A stretch of 64,000 nucleotides of DNA. Source: an uncultured Actinomycetota bacterium. Lineage in GTDB: Bacteria; Actinomycetota; Actinomycetes; Propionibacteriales; Nocardioidaceae. Shown one piece after another: positions 1 to 7,313 of this stretch; the first letter of the stretch is position 1, and each line of letters begins with the position of its first letter. The DNA lies in NCBI GenBank assembly GCA_963807335.1, contig CAWEBT010000009.1:40398-104397 (forward strand), written 5' to 3'. The notes under the pieces are model-generated. The model saw only the letters and a program-made list of their open reading frames with translations. It did not search any database and had not been told where the DNA came from. A program made the translations under genes and the position numbers.

Positions 1-937
1 GGGAGAGTGGATCCCCTGTCGCCACCAGGGTCGTGAGCAGGGTGAGACAGTCGCCCAGCTCAGCGTCGGTCATCGGCACCGTCGGCAGGTCGTGTGCCGG
101 TGCGACGCCGGCACCTCCGGCTGGGAACTCGAACGCCACTGCTGTGTCCTCGTCGGCCGGGTCGTCCCAGGACAGCACCTTGGCGATCGCTCCCCGCCCT
201 TCGCGCACAAGTCCGAGACGCGGGTACGCGTCACTGCGTTGGCCTGGTCCCGTGACGGCGACCGTCACGGTGATCGGCAGCAGGAGGTCGACCACTCCCG
301 GCGTGGACTCCGCGCCCGTGCTGTCGAGGAACGTCTGTACGCCCTGTGCGTCGACCTTGAGCACTCGCAGGTTGTTCAGCGTGATGGCGGCATCGGGCAG
401 GGGGTGGGTCGGAGGGGCGCCCGAGACGACCTCGACGATCGTTCCGTGCCCAGCAGCCCCTGAGGCCAAGGGTCCTGCGCCTTGGTGCGACGCGACGTCA
501 CCTCCTCGGGTGGCGGTCACCGTGACGGTGACGTTTCCCTCGGTGCCGGGCCAGCGCGCCACGAACCGCGCCGAGGAGTTGCCGACCGGGATACGGACCT
601 CGTTGATTGCGGCCGTGTTGTTGGGGAACCTGTGCACGCGCGACACATAGAGGCGCCGGCCCCCGTTGAGGAAGAAGGCCCGTGCGGCGTGCGCCAGGTA
701 CGGCGTTCGACCTCCCCGTCCGATGTCCAGCGGCCGAAGGCCGCCGTACACGCGCTCGAACTCCGCATAGCTCGTGATCAGCCGTGGTTCGCAGGCTCGC
801 GGGCCGCCCTGATAGCGAACGGGGCCGAAGTGCGTGAGGCCGGCGATGCCCGTGGTGGAGGTGGCGACTCCCTGAATCGACTTCGAGCGAAAGCTGACCT
901 CTTCGACGAATACGCCTGGTGCCAGGTACTCGGGCAT
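1..937 (-). CDS. Contractile tail sheath protein, N-terminal part (partial; continues beyond left edge)
   Basis: Absent from ORF track because it is open at the window edge. Hand translation from ATG (rc of 935-937): MPEYLAPGVFVEEVSFRSKSIQGVATSTTGIAGLTHFGPV..., the canonical N-terminus of phage/eCIS sheath proteins. Starts 22 nt after the stop of the upstream ORF; GC-rich third positions. Confidence 0.85.
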   Translation of the reverse strand, partial: MPEYLAPGVFVEEVSFRSKSIQGVATSTTGIAGLTHFGPVRYQGGPRACEPRLITSYAEFERVYGGLRPLDIGRGGRTPYLAHAARAFFLNGGRRLYVSRVHRFPNNTAAINEVRIPVGNSSARFVARWPGTEGNVTVTVTATRGGDVASHQGAGPLASGAAGHGTIVEVVSGAPPTHPLPDAAITLNNLRVLKVDAQGVQTFLDSTGAESTPGVVDLLLPITVTVAVTGPGQRSDAYPRLGLVREGRGAIAKVLSWDDPADEDTAVAFEFPAGGAGVAPAHDLPTVPMTDAELGDCLTLLTTLVATGDPLS

Positions 938-959
938 GTGGGCTCCTTTCGGGTGGTGC

Positions 960-1808
960 TCAATTCAGGACGACGGGGCTCGCCTGGGTGACGGTGCCCC
1001 GGGTGCAGCTCAGGGTTGTGGTGGCCTTGTCGACGTAGCCGTTCGGTGGTGTGGTCCCGTCGAGGACGGGGTCGTTGGACAGTGCCGCCACGACCTCTAC
1101 GGGCAAGTGCCTGAGTGGATCGAGGCCAAGGGTCAGCGCGTCGACCGGACTGTCGGAGGGCTGTGTGGAAGGAGCGGAGACAGTGAGGTCGACCCCCAGC
1201 GCGTCCCCAGCGGCTCGCACGAGCTCGACCGGGACCGCGCCGAGGACCACGACGTACTCGCCGTTCAGGTCGGTCTGGCCGAGCCAGGTGAGGGCGGTGG
1301 AGCCGGTCGGGCGGACGAGGATGCGGCCCCAGCACACCGGGTCACCGGTCGCCCACGTCACCCGGCCCCGGATCAGGGTGGCGCCGGCGGGCACGCCGTA
1401 ACGCACAGAGGGGAACATGACCGGACGGCACCTGCGTGGCACTGTGTTGTCCGACACCACCTGGGCCTCGGTGGGGACGGGCAGCGCTAGGCGTCGGGGG
1501 ACGAACCTTCCGTCGCGGTCGACCAGCCGGACCACGACCGTGGTCCGCAGGTCGGCCAGCGATTCTCCGAAGCTGATCGCATGGCGGGCAGACATCGTGC
1601 GGCGCAGCCGCGGCAGGCCCAGGGAATCGTCGATGCCGGCGCGGCCACGGCGCGGGCGGAAGGGCCTCGGGACGTCCTCGCTGAAGCACTCCAGGGTGGT
1701 GAGCCGACGCTCCTGCCCGGCGAGGTCGACCGGTGCGATGCCGAGCCGCAGACGTCTCACCCGCTCGGTCCAGATGGGGTCGAGGTAGACGTTCGTGGTC
1801 ACGTTCAT
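960..1808 (-). CDS. CIS-associated hypothetical protein with a carboxypeptidase-regulatory-like beta-sandwich segment
   Basis: 282-aa ORF whose start overlaps the stop of the DUF4255 gene (ATGA, 1805-1808). The segment GRVTWATGDPVCWGRILVRPTG...TDLNGEYVVVL resembles CarboxypepD_reg-type folds. Function unknown. Confidence 0.6.
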   Translation of the reverse strand: MNVTTNVYLDPIWTERVRRLRLGIAPVDLAGQERRLTTLECFSEDVPRPFRPRRGRAGIDDSLGLPRLRRTMSARHAISFGESLADLRTTVVVRLVDRDGRFVPRRLALPVPTEAQVVSDNTVPRRCRPVMFPSVRYGVPAGATLIRGRVTWATGDPVCWGRILVRPTGSTALTWLGQTDLNGEYVVVLGAVPVELVRAAGDALGVDLTVSAPSTQPSDSPVDALTLGLDPLRHLPVEVVAALSNDPVLDGTTPPNGYVDKATTTLSCTRGTVTQASPVVLN

Positions 1809-2422
1809 GAGCCACCGGCCGCCTGGCCCGCCAAGACCGGCCGAGTCCCTTGGATCTGGGTGAGCACGTCCGGCCCCGGGTCACCGTCGGTTGCGGTGAT
1901 CACCGCGATCCGGGCGAGGTAGGGGATGCTGAGGCGGAAGTCGCACGTCAGGCTCTCGAAGGTCCTCATCAGGTCGTCGGTGGCCATGTCCTCGAGATTG
2001 ACCTGCACCGACTCTCCGGGCGCCCAACCTCCGGTCGGCCAGAGCAACGGACCGCTCAGGGCTCCGATGTCGTCGAGGATCTGCATGGAGCGACCGATGA
2101 GCAAATGCTCCTCTTCGGCGTTGTCCGCCCAGGCCGTCAAGAGGTAGTGCAGGTCCACCGGGAGGTGTGCCCGGCCATCGACCGATCCGACGGCCGACCA
2201 GCTCGCCCGCATCGTCTTGTTGAAGTCGACCCGGTAGAGCAGGAGCGTGACGACCGGCACAGCCGGGGTAGAGGCTGCGTCGTCCAGGTCCTCGGTCTGG
2301 ATCAGCTTGGCGGTCGCGGTCTTGTCCTGGATGGGCTGCTGCACACCGAAGCGTGCGGTGAGGAGAGCCTCCAGGCTCTTGCCGACCGCGGCGACGCTTC
2401 GGAAGTTGGCCACGAGAGCCAC
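1805..2422 (-). CDS. DUF4255 (Pvc16/Afp16 N-terminal domain) protein
   Basis: Family signatures TLLLYRVDFNKTMR and LPVDLHYLLTAWADNAEEEHLLIGRSMQIL. Sits directly upstream of the sheath gene on the same strand. Confidence 0.85.
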   Translation of the reverse strand: MALVANFRSVAAVGKSLEALLTARFGVQQPIQDKTATAKLIQTEDLDDAASTPAVPVVTLLLYRVDFNKTMRASWSAVGSVDGRAHLPVDLHYLLTAWADNAEEEHLLIGRSMQILDDIGALSGPLLWPTGGWAPGESVQVNLEDMATDDLMRTFESLTCDFRLSIPYLARIAVITATDGDPGPDVLTQIQGTRPVLAGQAAGGS

Positions 2423-2460
2423 CCTTCGCCATGGGACGTCACGACACCGTCACCCGAGGC

Positions 2461-3297
2461 TCAGACCGCGGCGGCTCCTTGGATCGGCACGCCGAGTGGC
2501 TCGGTCCGGCGTCCCACGAACTCCCAGGGTCGGTTCAGAAAGTCGGAGAGATCCCATGGGGGGTCGATCCCGAGTTCGTTGCGCAGGAGATCGACGTACA
2601 GCTGGCAGCTCCGGCGTCCTTCGTTCCAGTTGCCCTCGGCGATGTGAGCGGCGATGAGCGCACGCTGCGCGCTGTCCCGGAAGGGTTCGATGCGGGCGGC
2701 GAGCATCGCAGCCTCGACCGCCTCGTGATGGCGGCCGCGCCGGGAGAGTGTGGGGCTCAGGGCCTCCAGCGCGTGCAGTACCCGGTGGCGCAGCCGCTCG
2801 CGCGACATGATCACCCACTCGTCGTACCAACCGGGGAGCAGCTCGAGGGCATCGAGGCTGCCTGGATGGATGTGGAGGTCGTCCTCCGTCGCCACGCCGC
2901 CCGCGACCCGACCGGCCCAGCGATCGATCGAGTCGATGTCGACGCTCACGTGCGGCGCAAGCCCGACGCACAGCTTGTCGACCTCCAGCAGGTCGACACC
3001 GGTGCCCCGCAGGCGCCAGATCGAGGAGCGCAGGTTGCCGGTCGCCCGCTCGTCGTCACCGTTGGGCCACAGGATGCCGGCAGCCCACTTTCGTTCGACG
3101 CGGCGCCGATGGAGCGCGAGTAGGACCAGCAGGCGCTTGCTGCCTTCGGGGATGCGCCCGGCAACCGAGCAGCCCTCCACCGGACTCTCGATCCGGAGGT
3201 CCCCGAGCAGGCACAGCCGACTGTGCGCGGGTATTCGCGCTCGCTGCTGTGGAGGCGACATGGACATCTGGCGTCCGATCGATTCGGCTCCCGACAA
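2461..3297 (-). CDS. Small SARP-type regulator (OmpR-like winged helix + BTAD)
   Basis: N-terminal LCLLGDLRIE...LLVLLALH...NLRSSIWRLR (trans_reg_C-like), then the BTAD-like helical domain LLPGWYDEWV...EAVEAAMLAARIEPFRDSAQRALIAAHIAEGN. The track start at 3297 is TTG; ATG at 3267 is an alternative. Confidence 0.8.
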   Translation of the reverse strand: MSGAESIGRQMSMSPPQQRARIPAHSRLCLLGDLRIESPVEGCSVAGRIPEGSKRLLVLLALHRRRVERKWAAGILWPNGDDERATGNLRSSIWRLRGTGVDLLEVDKLCVGLAPHVSVDIDSIDRWAGRVAGGVATEDDLHIHPGSLDALELLPGWYDEWVIMSRERLRHRVLHALEALSPTLSRRGRHHEAVEAAMLAARIEPFRDSAQRALIAAHIAEGNWNEGRRSCQLYVDLLRNELGIDPPWDLSDFLNRPWEFVGRRTEPLGVPIQGAAAV

Positions 3298-3311
3298 TGT
3301 GAGGGACCGGC

Positions 3312-3340
3312 CGTCTACAAGGCGTCACCACAACGTCACA
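3312..3340 (-). promoter_or_regulatory. Candidate SARP box: three direct heptamers at 11-bp spacing upstream of the SARP gene
   Basis: Plus strand CGTCTAC(3312) CGTCACC(3323) CGTCACA(3334); minus strand TGTGACG-N4-GGTGACG-N4-GTAGACG. Followed by CCCTCAC-N-TTG (plus 3299-3305 gtgaggg). Confidence 0.4.
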
Positions 3341-3354
3341 CGCTGCGAACAGAC

Positions 3355-3558
3355 TCATTCCACGCAATTGGTGCGGCAGAAGTCGACCAGGAATGCGCGT
3401 ACCCGGTCTAGTCCACGCTCCACCTCCACCTCGATCTCCTCCACCTCTCCGGCGGTGTCGAAGATGTCGACCCGGGTCACGATGTGCAGCACCAGACCGG
3501 TCGGTTCGCGACTGGCACGGATGATGCAGACGCCGCGAGGTTCGGGAGCGCGGGGCAT
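3355..3558 (-). CDS. Small hypothetical protein (67 aa from ATG 3558; track ORF extends to GTG 3627)
   Basis: GC-rich third positions from MPRAPEPRGVCIIRASREPTGLVLHIVTRVDIFDTAGEVEEIEVEVERGLDRVRAFLVDFCRTNCVE. A second heptamer pair and the same CCCTCAC motif lie just upstream of ATG 3558. No family recognised. Confidence 0.35.
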   Translation of the reverse strand: MPRAPEPRGVCIIRASREPTGLVLHIVTRVDIFDTAGEVEEIEVEVERGLDRVRAFLVDFCRTNCVE

Positions 3559-3579
3559 GGAGCAACAGTGAGGGCTCGC

Positions 3580-3597
3580 CGTCACCGGGTCGTGACC
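3580..3597 (-). promoter_or_regulatory. Second heptamer pair (CGTCACC-N4-CGTGACC) with the same downstream CCCTCAC motif
   Basis: Minus strand GGTCACG-ACCC-GGTGACG-GCGAG-CCCTCACTGTTG-CTCC-ATG. Parallels the architecture at 3299-3340. Confidence 0.35.
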
Positions 3598-3710
3598 CGA
3601 CGAACTGGGGATCAGGAAAGTTCGCACGTGGATATGGGGAGTGGCGCTCGGGTAACGGCAGGGTGACGAGAGCCCGCAAACAATGGCGCAATCCGATTCC
3701 AGGAGAGGCC

Positions 3711-5192
3711 ATGACTGACAACAAGGACCAACCGGGAGACCGGCCCAGCGGCGCCCCGGGCGCCACGGGGGACGGGCAGCCTGATGGGGACGAATCCACC
3801 GACTGCATACCGCGGAGCCGTCGTGACGACTACGAGTTCACTGGGTGCGGCTGCGGCGACTGCGATTCTGCGTCTCTCGAGATCCTCTGTCGTGCCGAGG
3901 GGATCAAGGCGCGCGCGGCGTACGACGCGGCGCATACGAGTGCACCGTCCCCGGAGCTCTACGAGTCGGCGCGACTGCGCTACGCACGATCCCGCTACGC
4001 CGTGACTTCCAGGCTGACCAACCTCCAGAAGACGCTCGACGATGCCATGCACGAGATCGGCTGCCGGATCGACGACGAGGACAAGGTCGACTGTCTGACG
4101 GCTGCGTGGAAAGAGGTCCGCCGGCGCCTGCGCAAGTGCCGTCCCGACGAGTGTTGCGTCGACGACTACGAGTTTCACGCAGGATCGGAGGATGCCCAGG
4201 TCGAGGATCTCCGCGCGAGAGTGGCCCGCTACGTCAGCGTCACCGGAGCCGCCGAGTGCTGCTTCACGCGACTGGCGAAGGAGCCCGAGCTGCTGGTCGA
4301 GCGAGTCGACGCGTTGACGGCCGAGATCGCGGCGATCCATCTGGCCCTCCACCCCGACGAGGCACCGGCACCCGCACCGGCACCGGCACCGTCGACGGCG
4401 GAGCCAGCAGCCCCCGCGCCGGCCGCCCACCCGCCAGGGGGCGCCGAGGGCGCTGCTGCGTCCGAGCCCGAGCCCGAGCCGGCGAAGCCTGACTGGCAGC
4501 ACCTGTACGCCGGGGCGCTCGTCGCCGCCTGGAAGCTGAAGAACGTCTACGTGGGGTTCGACGACCCGAAGGAGTACGTGGACTGCCTGTGCCAGGCGAT
4601 GAAGGTCGCGATGGCCGGCCACCAGATCCTGGCCGAGCTGCACGGCGAACTGCGCGTCCGCGAAGCCCGCTGGGAGCAGCGCAACAAGTGCTGCCGTCGT
4701 CACCGGGAGCACGCCGCCAACGAGATCATCTCCGGCTACGTCCGGTGCCTGCGAGAGGGGCTGGAGCCGGAGGAGCCCGAGGACACCGATGACGACTGTG
4801 ACGACGACTGCGACGACGACAACCATCACCACACCCCCCGACCCGGCCGCGATCGTAGGCGCCCACGGCGGCGTCGCGACTACGACGACGATGTCGACGT
4901 TCGCGTCCGGGTCGACGTGGACATCGACGACGAGGACGATGACCACCGGCACGGTGGGCACCGGCGCGACCACCACGGTGATGACCACAGGCATGGCGAT
5001 GGCCATGGACGTGGCGACGACGACCGGCGCGGAGACGACGACGGTTATGACGAGGACGATTACGACGAGGACGAGGACATCGATGAGGACGACGAGCCGA
5101 GCGAGAAGCGTCCTCGCAGGGCATCTCGTCCCGCTCCGGCCCGCAAGCGGGCAGCAGCGAAGCCGAAGAGCGGCCGCACGACCCGACGCTGA
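3711..5192 (+). CDS. Orphan Cys-rich helical protein with an Ala/Pro linker and an extreme Asp/His/Arg low-complexity C-terminal tail
   Basis: ATG 3711 preceded by aggagag. Third positions are GC-rich but with more A/T-ending codons than neighbours. About 19 Cys by hand count (CGCGDC, ECC, ECC, CLC, KCC). APAPAPAPAP linker. Tail DDDCDDDCDDDNHHH...RDRRRPRRRRDYDDDVDVRVRVDVDIDDEDDDHRHGGHRRDHHGDDHRHGDGHGRGDDD. No signal peptide. No family recognised. Confidence 0.75.
   Translation: MTDNKDQPGDRPSGAPGATGDGQPDGDESTDCIPRSRRDDYEFTGCGCGDCDSASLEILCRAEGIKARAAYDAAHTSAPSPELYESARLRYARSRYAVTSRLTNLQKTLDDAMHEIGCRIDDEDKVDCLTAAWKEVRRRLRKCRPDECCVDDYEFHAGSEDAQVEDLRARVARYVSVTGAAECCFTRLAKEPELLVERVDALTAEIAAIHLALHPDEAPAPAPAPAPSTAEPAAPAPAAHPPGGAEGAAASEPEPEPAKPDWQHLYAGALVAAWKLKNVYVGFDDPKEYVDCLCQAMKVAMAGHQILAELHGELRVREARWEQRNKCCRRHREHAANEIISGYVRCLREGLEPEEPEDTDDDCDDDCDDDNHHHTPRPGRDRRRPRRRRDYDDDVDVRVRVDVDIDDEDDDHRHGGHRRDHHGDDHRHGDGHGRGDDDRRGDDDGYDEDDYDEDEDIDEDDEPSEKRPRRASRPAPARKRAAAKPKSGRTTRR
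4786..5100 (+). repeat. GAC/CAC/CGN-rich low-complexity coding tract (Asp/His/Arg tail)
   Basis: Runs of gac gac gac tg(t/c), cac cac, cgg/cgc codons. These generate spurious Thr-rich and Arg-rich ORFs in the other frames (for example 4789..5250). Confidence 0.7.
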
Positions 5193-5204
5193 GGGGGAAA
5201 TGTC

Positions 5205-7310
5205 ATGCCGGGGAAGAAGGAAGGCAACGTCGAGGCTCCCTTCCGGGTGATGACGGCGAACGTCCAGTCGTTCCCTGTCCGGGCGATCACGCCGGGCGAG
5301 GCGCTCGAAGACCTCAGGAAGAACGCCGCCGACGCAGACCTGGTCTTCCTTCAGGAGATCGTTGCCCGATACCGCCCATTGGTGAGCGAGTCGTTCGCGG
5401 CGCCCGACTGGGAGGTCTACTACGGCAAGACCGACAACCACGAGCCCATCGCCTTTCGTACCGACCTCTTCTCGAAGGTCGCGGGCCAGGCGATCCAGGT
5501 CCATCCCGCCAACTCGCTGCACGACCGGCGGTACACCACTCACTTGCGCCTGCGCTACAAGCCGCTCGGCACGGACCTGCATGCGACCAACCTCCACCTG
5601 GTCGCCGGGGCCTACAACGCTCCGCACATGGACGACGACGAGGAGCGCAAGCGCGAGTGGGACACCGGGATCGAGATCCATCGCGATTTCATCGAGAGTC
5701 TCGTTCAGACCCGGCTCCCGGTGGTGGGTGGCGGTGACTACAACCGCCAGCTCAGGCAGTGCAAGGCGCTCGGCAGCGAGATCGACGGTCGGCGTGTCCG
5801 GTACGCCGTGGACAAGGGCTCGATCGACCTGCTCTGGTTCATCGACGGAGACGATGCTGCCTGGGATGTCCGGTCCACGAAGGTCTACCCCGGCCGCCGA
5901 TGGAGCAACCCCGAACGGCACAGCGACCACAGTGCTCGGTCGGCGACGGTCCTTCTGGGCGATGTCGAGGCCCCGATCGAGGTGCCGAAGCATCCGCCGT
6001 TCCAGCTCACGGAGTTCGGTGACAAGACGCCGAAGAGGATGGACTGGAAGACGCGGGCGGCTCTGGAGGTGGCGCAGCGAAGACTCGGCTACCCGCTCAC
6101 CATCGTCCAAGGTTGCTACAACCAGGGCGCTGTCTCCGCTTCCGCGGGGACGCACGACGGAGGGGGCGTCGTCGACCTCATCGCCTATGACCGGGAACGC
6201 AAGGTTCGGGTGCTTCGCGAGATCGGTTTCGCTGCGTGGTACCGGCCGACGATCAAAGGTCTGTGGGGCGAGCACATCCACGCGGTCCTCATCGACCATG
6301 GGCGCCTGGCCTCGTCCGCAGCCCGTCAGGTCGACTCCTATCGACGCGGCCGGGATGGCCTCAAGGGCGACCGTTCCGATCCGACGTGGCGTCCCAAGCC
6401 CATCTCGGTGTTCGTCTATCCGCCACCGGCGGCTCCGTCGGGGACGCCGTCCGGTCCGCCTCCCGACGTGGTCCAACCGACTTCCGTGCCGTTCCCCCCA
6501 CGCCGCACTCTGGACGGCGTCGACACCAGCCACTACCAGGGTGGCCGGATCGACGTGAAGGCGGCTCAGGCTGCCGGCCTGAAGTTCTGGTACCTCAAGA
6601 CGACCGAGGGCGACTCCATCGTGGATCGCACCTACAAGTCCCGGATCAGACAGGCGAGGCAAGCGGGTGTACCGGTCGGCTCGTACCACTTCGCGCGACC
6701 GGATCTGGGTGACGCCGGGCGGGAGGCGCTGTTCTTCCTGTCCAATGCGGACATCAGGGCCGGCGACATGATCCCGATGCTCGATCTGGAGTCTTTGGAG
6801 GGGCTCTCACCAACCCAGGTGACGTCATGGGCGGGGACTTGGGTGGCCACGGTCACCAAGGAGCTGACCGCGAAGGGGCTCTCGGCGAAGCCCATCATCT
6901 ACACCCGGTTCGACCTCGGCAGCGGCTTCGGGTGCTACCTCTGGGTGGCGCGATACAGCAACGACAAGCTCGCTCCCCGGATCCCCAAGCCGTGGCGCAA
7001 GGCGGTGATCTGGCAGCACTCCGACGGCCGGTACGGACCGATCAAGCACGTCCCGGGGTTCGGGGCGGTCGATGTGAACGCGCTGCACCCCGACATTCCA
7101 CTGTCCGCCTTGCGGATCAGGCGGGTGGGGGTGGCTCCGAGCCCTGGCTCGCCTGTTCCTCCCACCCGGCCGGGCCGGCCGCACCGACCCCCGGATCAGG
7201 GCGGAGGGCCCAGGCCCCAGGGCAACCTCGGCCTCGAGGCGGTGCTCGACGAGCTGCGCGCCGGTGTGAAGTCCATGCAGTCCGCCCTCGACAAGCTCCC
7301 GAAGAGGTAA
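5205..7310 (+). CDS. Three-domain enzyme: N-terminal endonuclease/exonuclease/phosphatase (EEP), central LAS/M15-like Zn-peptidase-like domain, C-terminal GH25 muramidase
   Basis: EEP: FRVMTANVQSF...LVFLQEI...GGGDYN...SDHSA. Centre: SAGTHDGGGVVDL ... WGEHIHAV (H-x-D and HxH-type motifs). GH25: LDGVDTSHYQGGRIDVKAAQAAGLKFWYLKTTEGDSIVDRTYKSRIRQARQAGVPVGSYHFARP. No signal peptide. Starts 12 nt after the upstream stop, with gggggaa as RBS. Confidence 0.85.
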   Translation: MPGKKEGNVEAPFRVMTANVQSFPVRAITPGEALEDLRKNAADADLVFLQEIVARYRPLVSESFAAPDWEVYYGKTDNHEPIAFRTDLFSKVAGQAIQVHPANSLHDRRYTTHLRLRYKPLGTDLHATNLHLVAGAYNAPHMDDDEERKREWDTGIEIHRDFIESLVQTRLPVVGGGDYNRQLRQCKALGSEIDGRRVRYAVDKGSIDLLWFIDGDDAAWDVRSTKVYPGRRWSNPERHSDHSARSATVLLGDVEAPIEVPKHPPFQLTEFGDKTPKRMDWKTRAALEVAQRRLGYPLTIVQGCYNQGAVSASAGTHDGGGVVDLIAYDRERKVRVLREIGFAAWYRPTIKGLWGEHIHAVLIDHGRLASSAARQVDSYRRGRDGLKGDRSDPTWRPKPISVFVYPPPAAPSGTPSGPPPDVVQPTSVPFPPRRTLDGVDTSHYQGGRIDVKAAQAAGLKFWYLKTTEGDSIVDRTYKSRIRQARQAGVPVGSYHFARPDLGDAGREALFFLSNADIRAGDMIPMLDLESLEGLSPTQVTSWAGTWVATVTKELTAKGLSAKPIIYTRFDLGSGFGCYLWVARYSNDKLAPRIPKPWRKAVIWQHSDGRYGPIKHVPGFGAVDVNALHPDIPLSALRIRRVGVAPSPGSPVPPTRPGRPHRPPDQGGGPRPQGNLGLEAVLDELRAGVKSMQSALDKLPKR

Positions 7311-7313
7311 GCC

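Noticed and set aside
4368-5100. Short-period DNA repeats (gcaccg x5; gac-rich tract), considered as a CRISPR-like or minisatellite element
   Set aside because: The periods are 6 bp and 3 bp, lie inside a continuous ORF and encode the AP-linker and Asp/His/Arg tail. There is no repeat-spacer organisation. No CRISPR array exists anywhere in the window.
3612-6689. 1025-aa minus-strand ORF, the longest in the window
   Set aside because: It is antisense to two well-supported plus-strand genes with recognisable domains (EEP, GH25). Its product is low-complexity Arg/Val/Gly-rich with no motifs. This is the typical stop-poor antisense frame of high-GC DNA.
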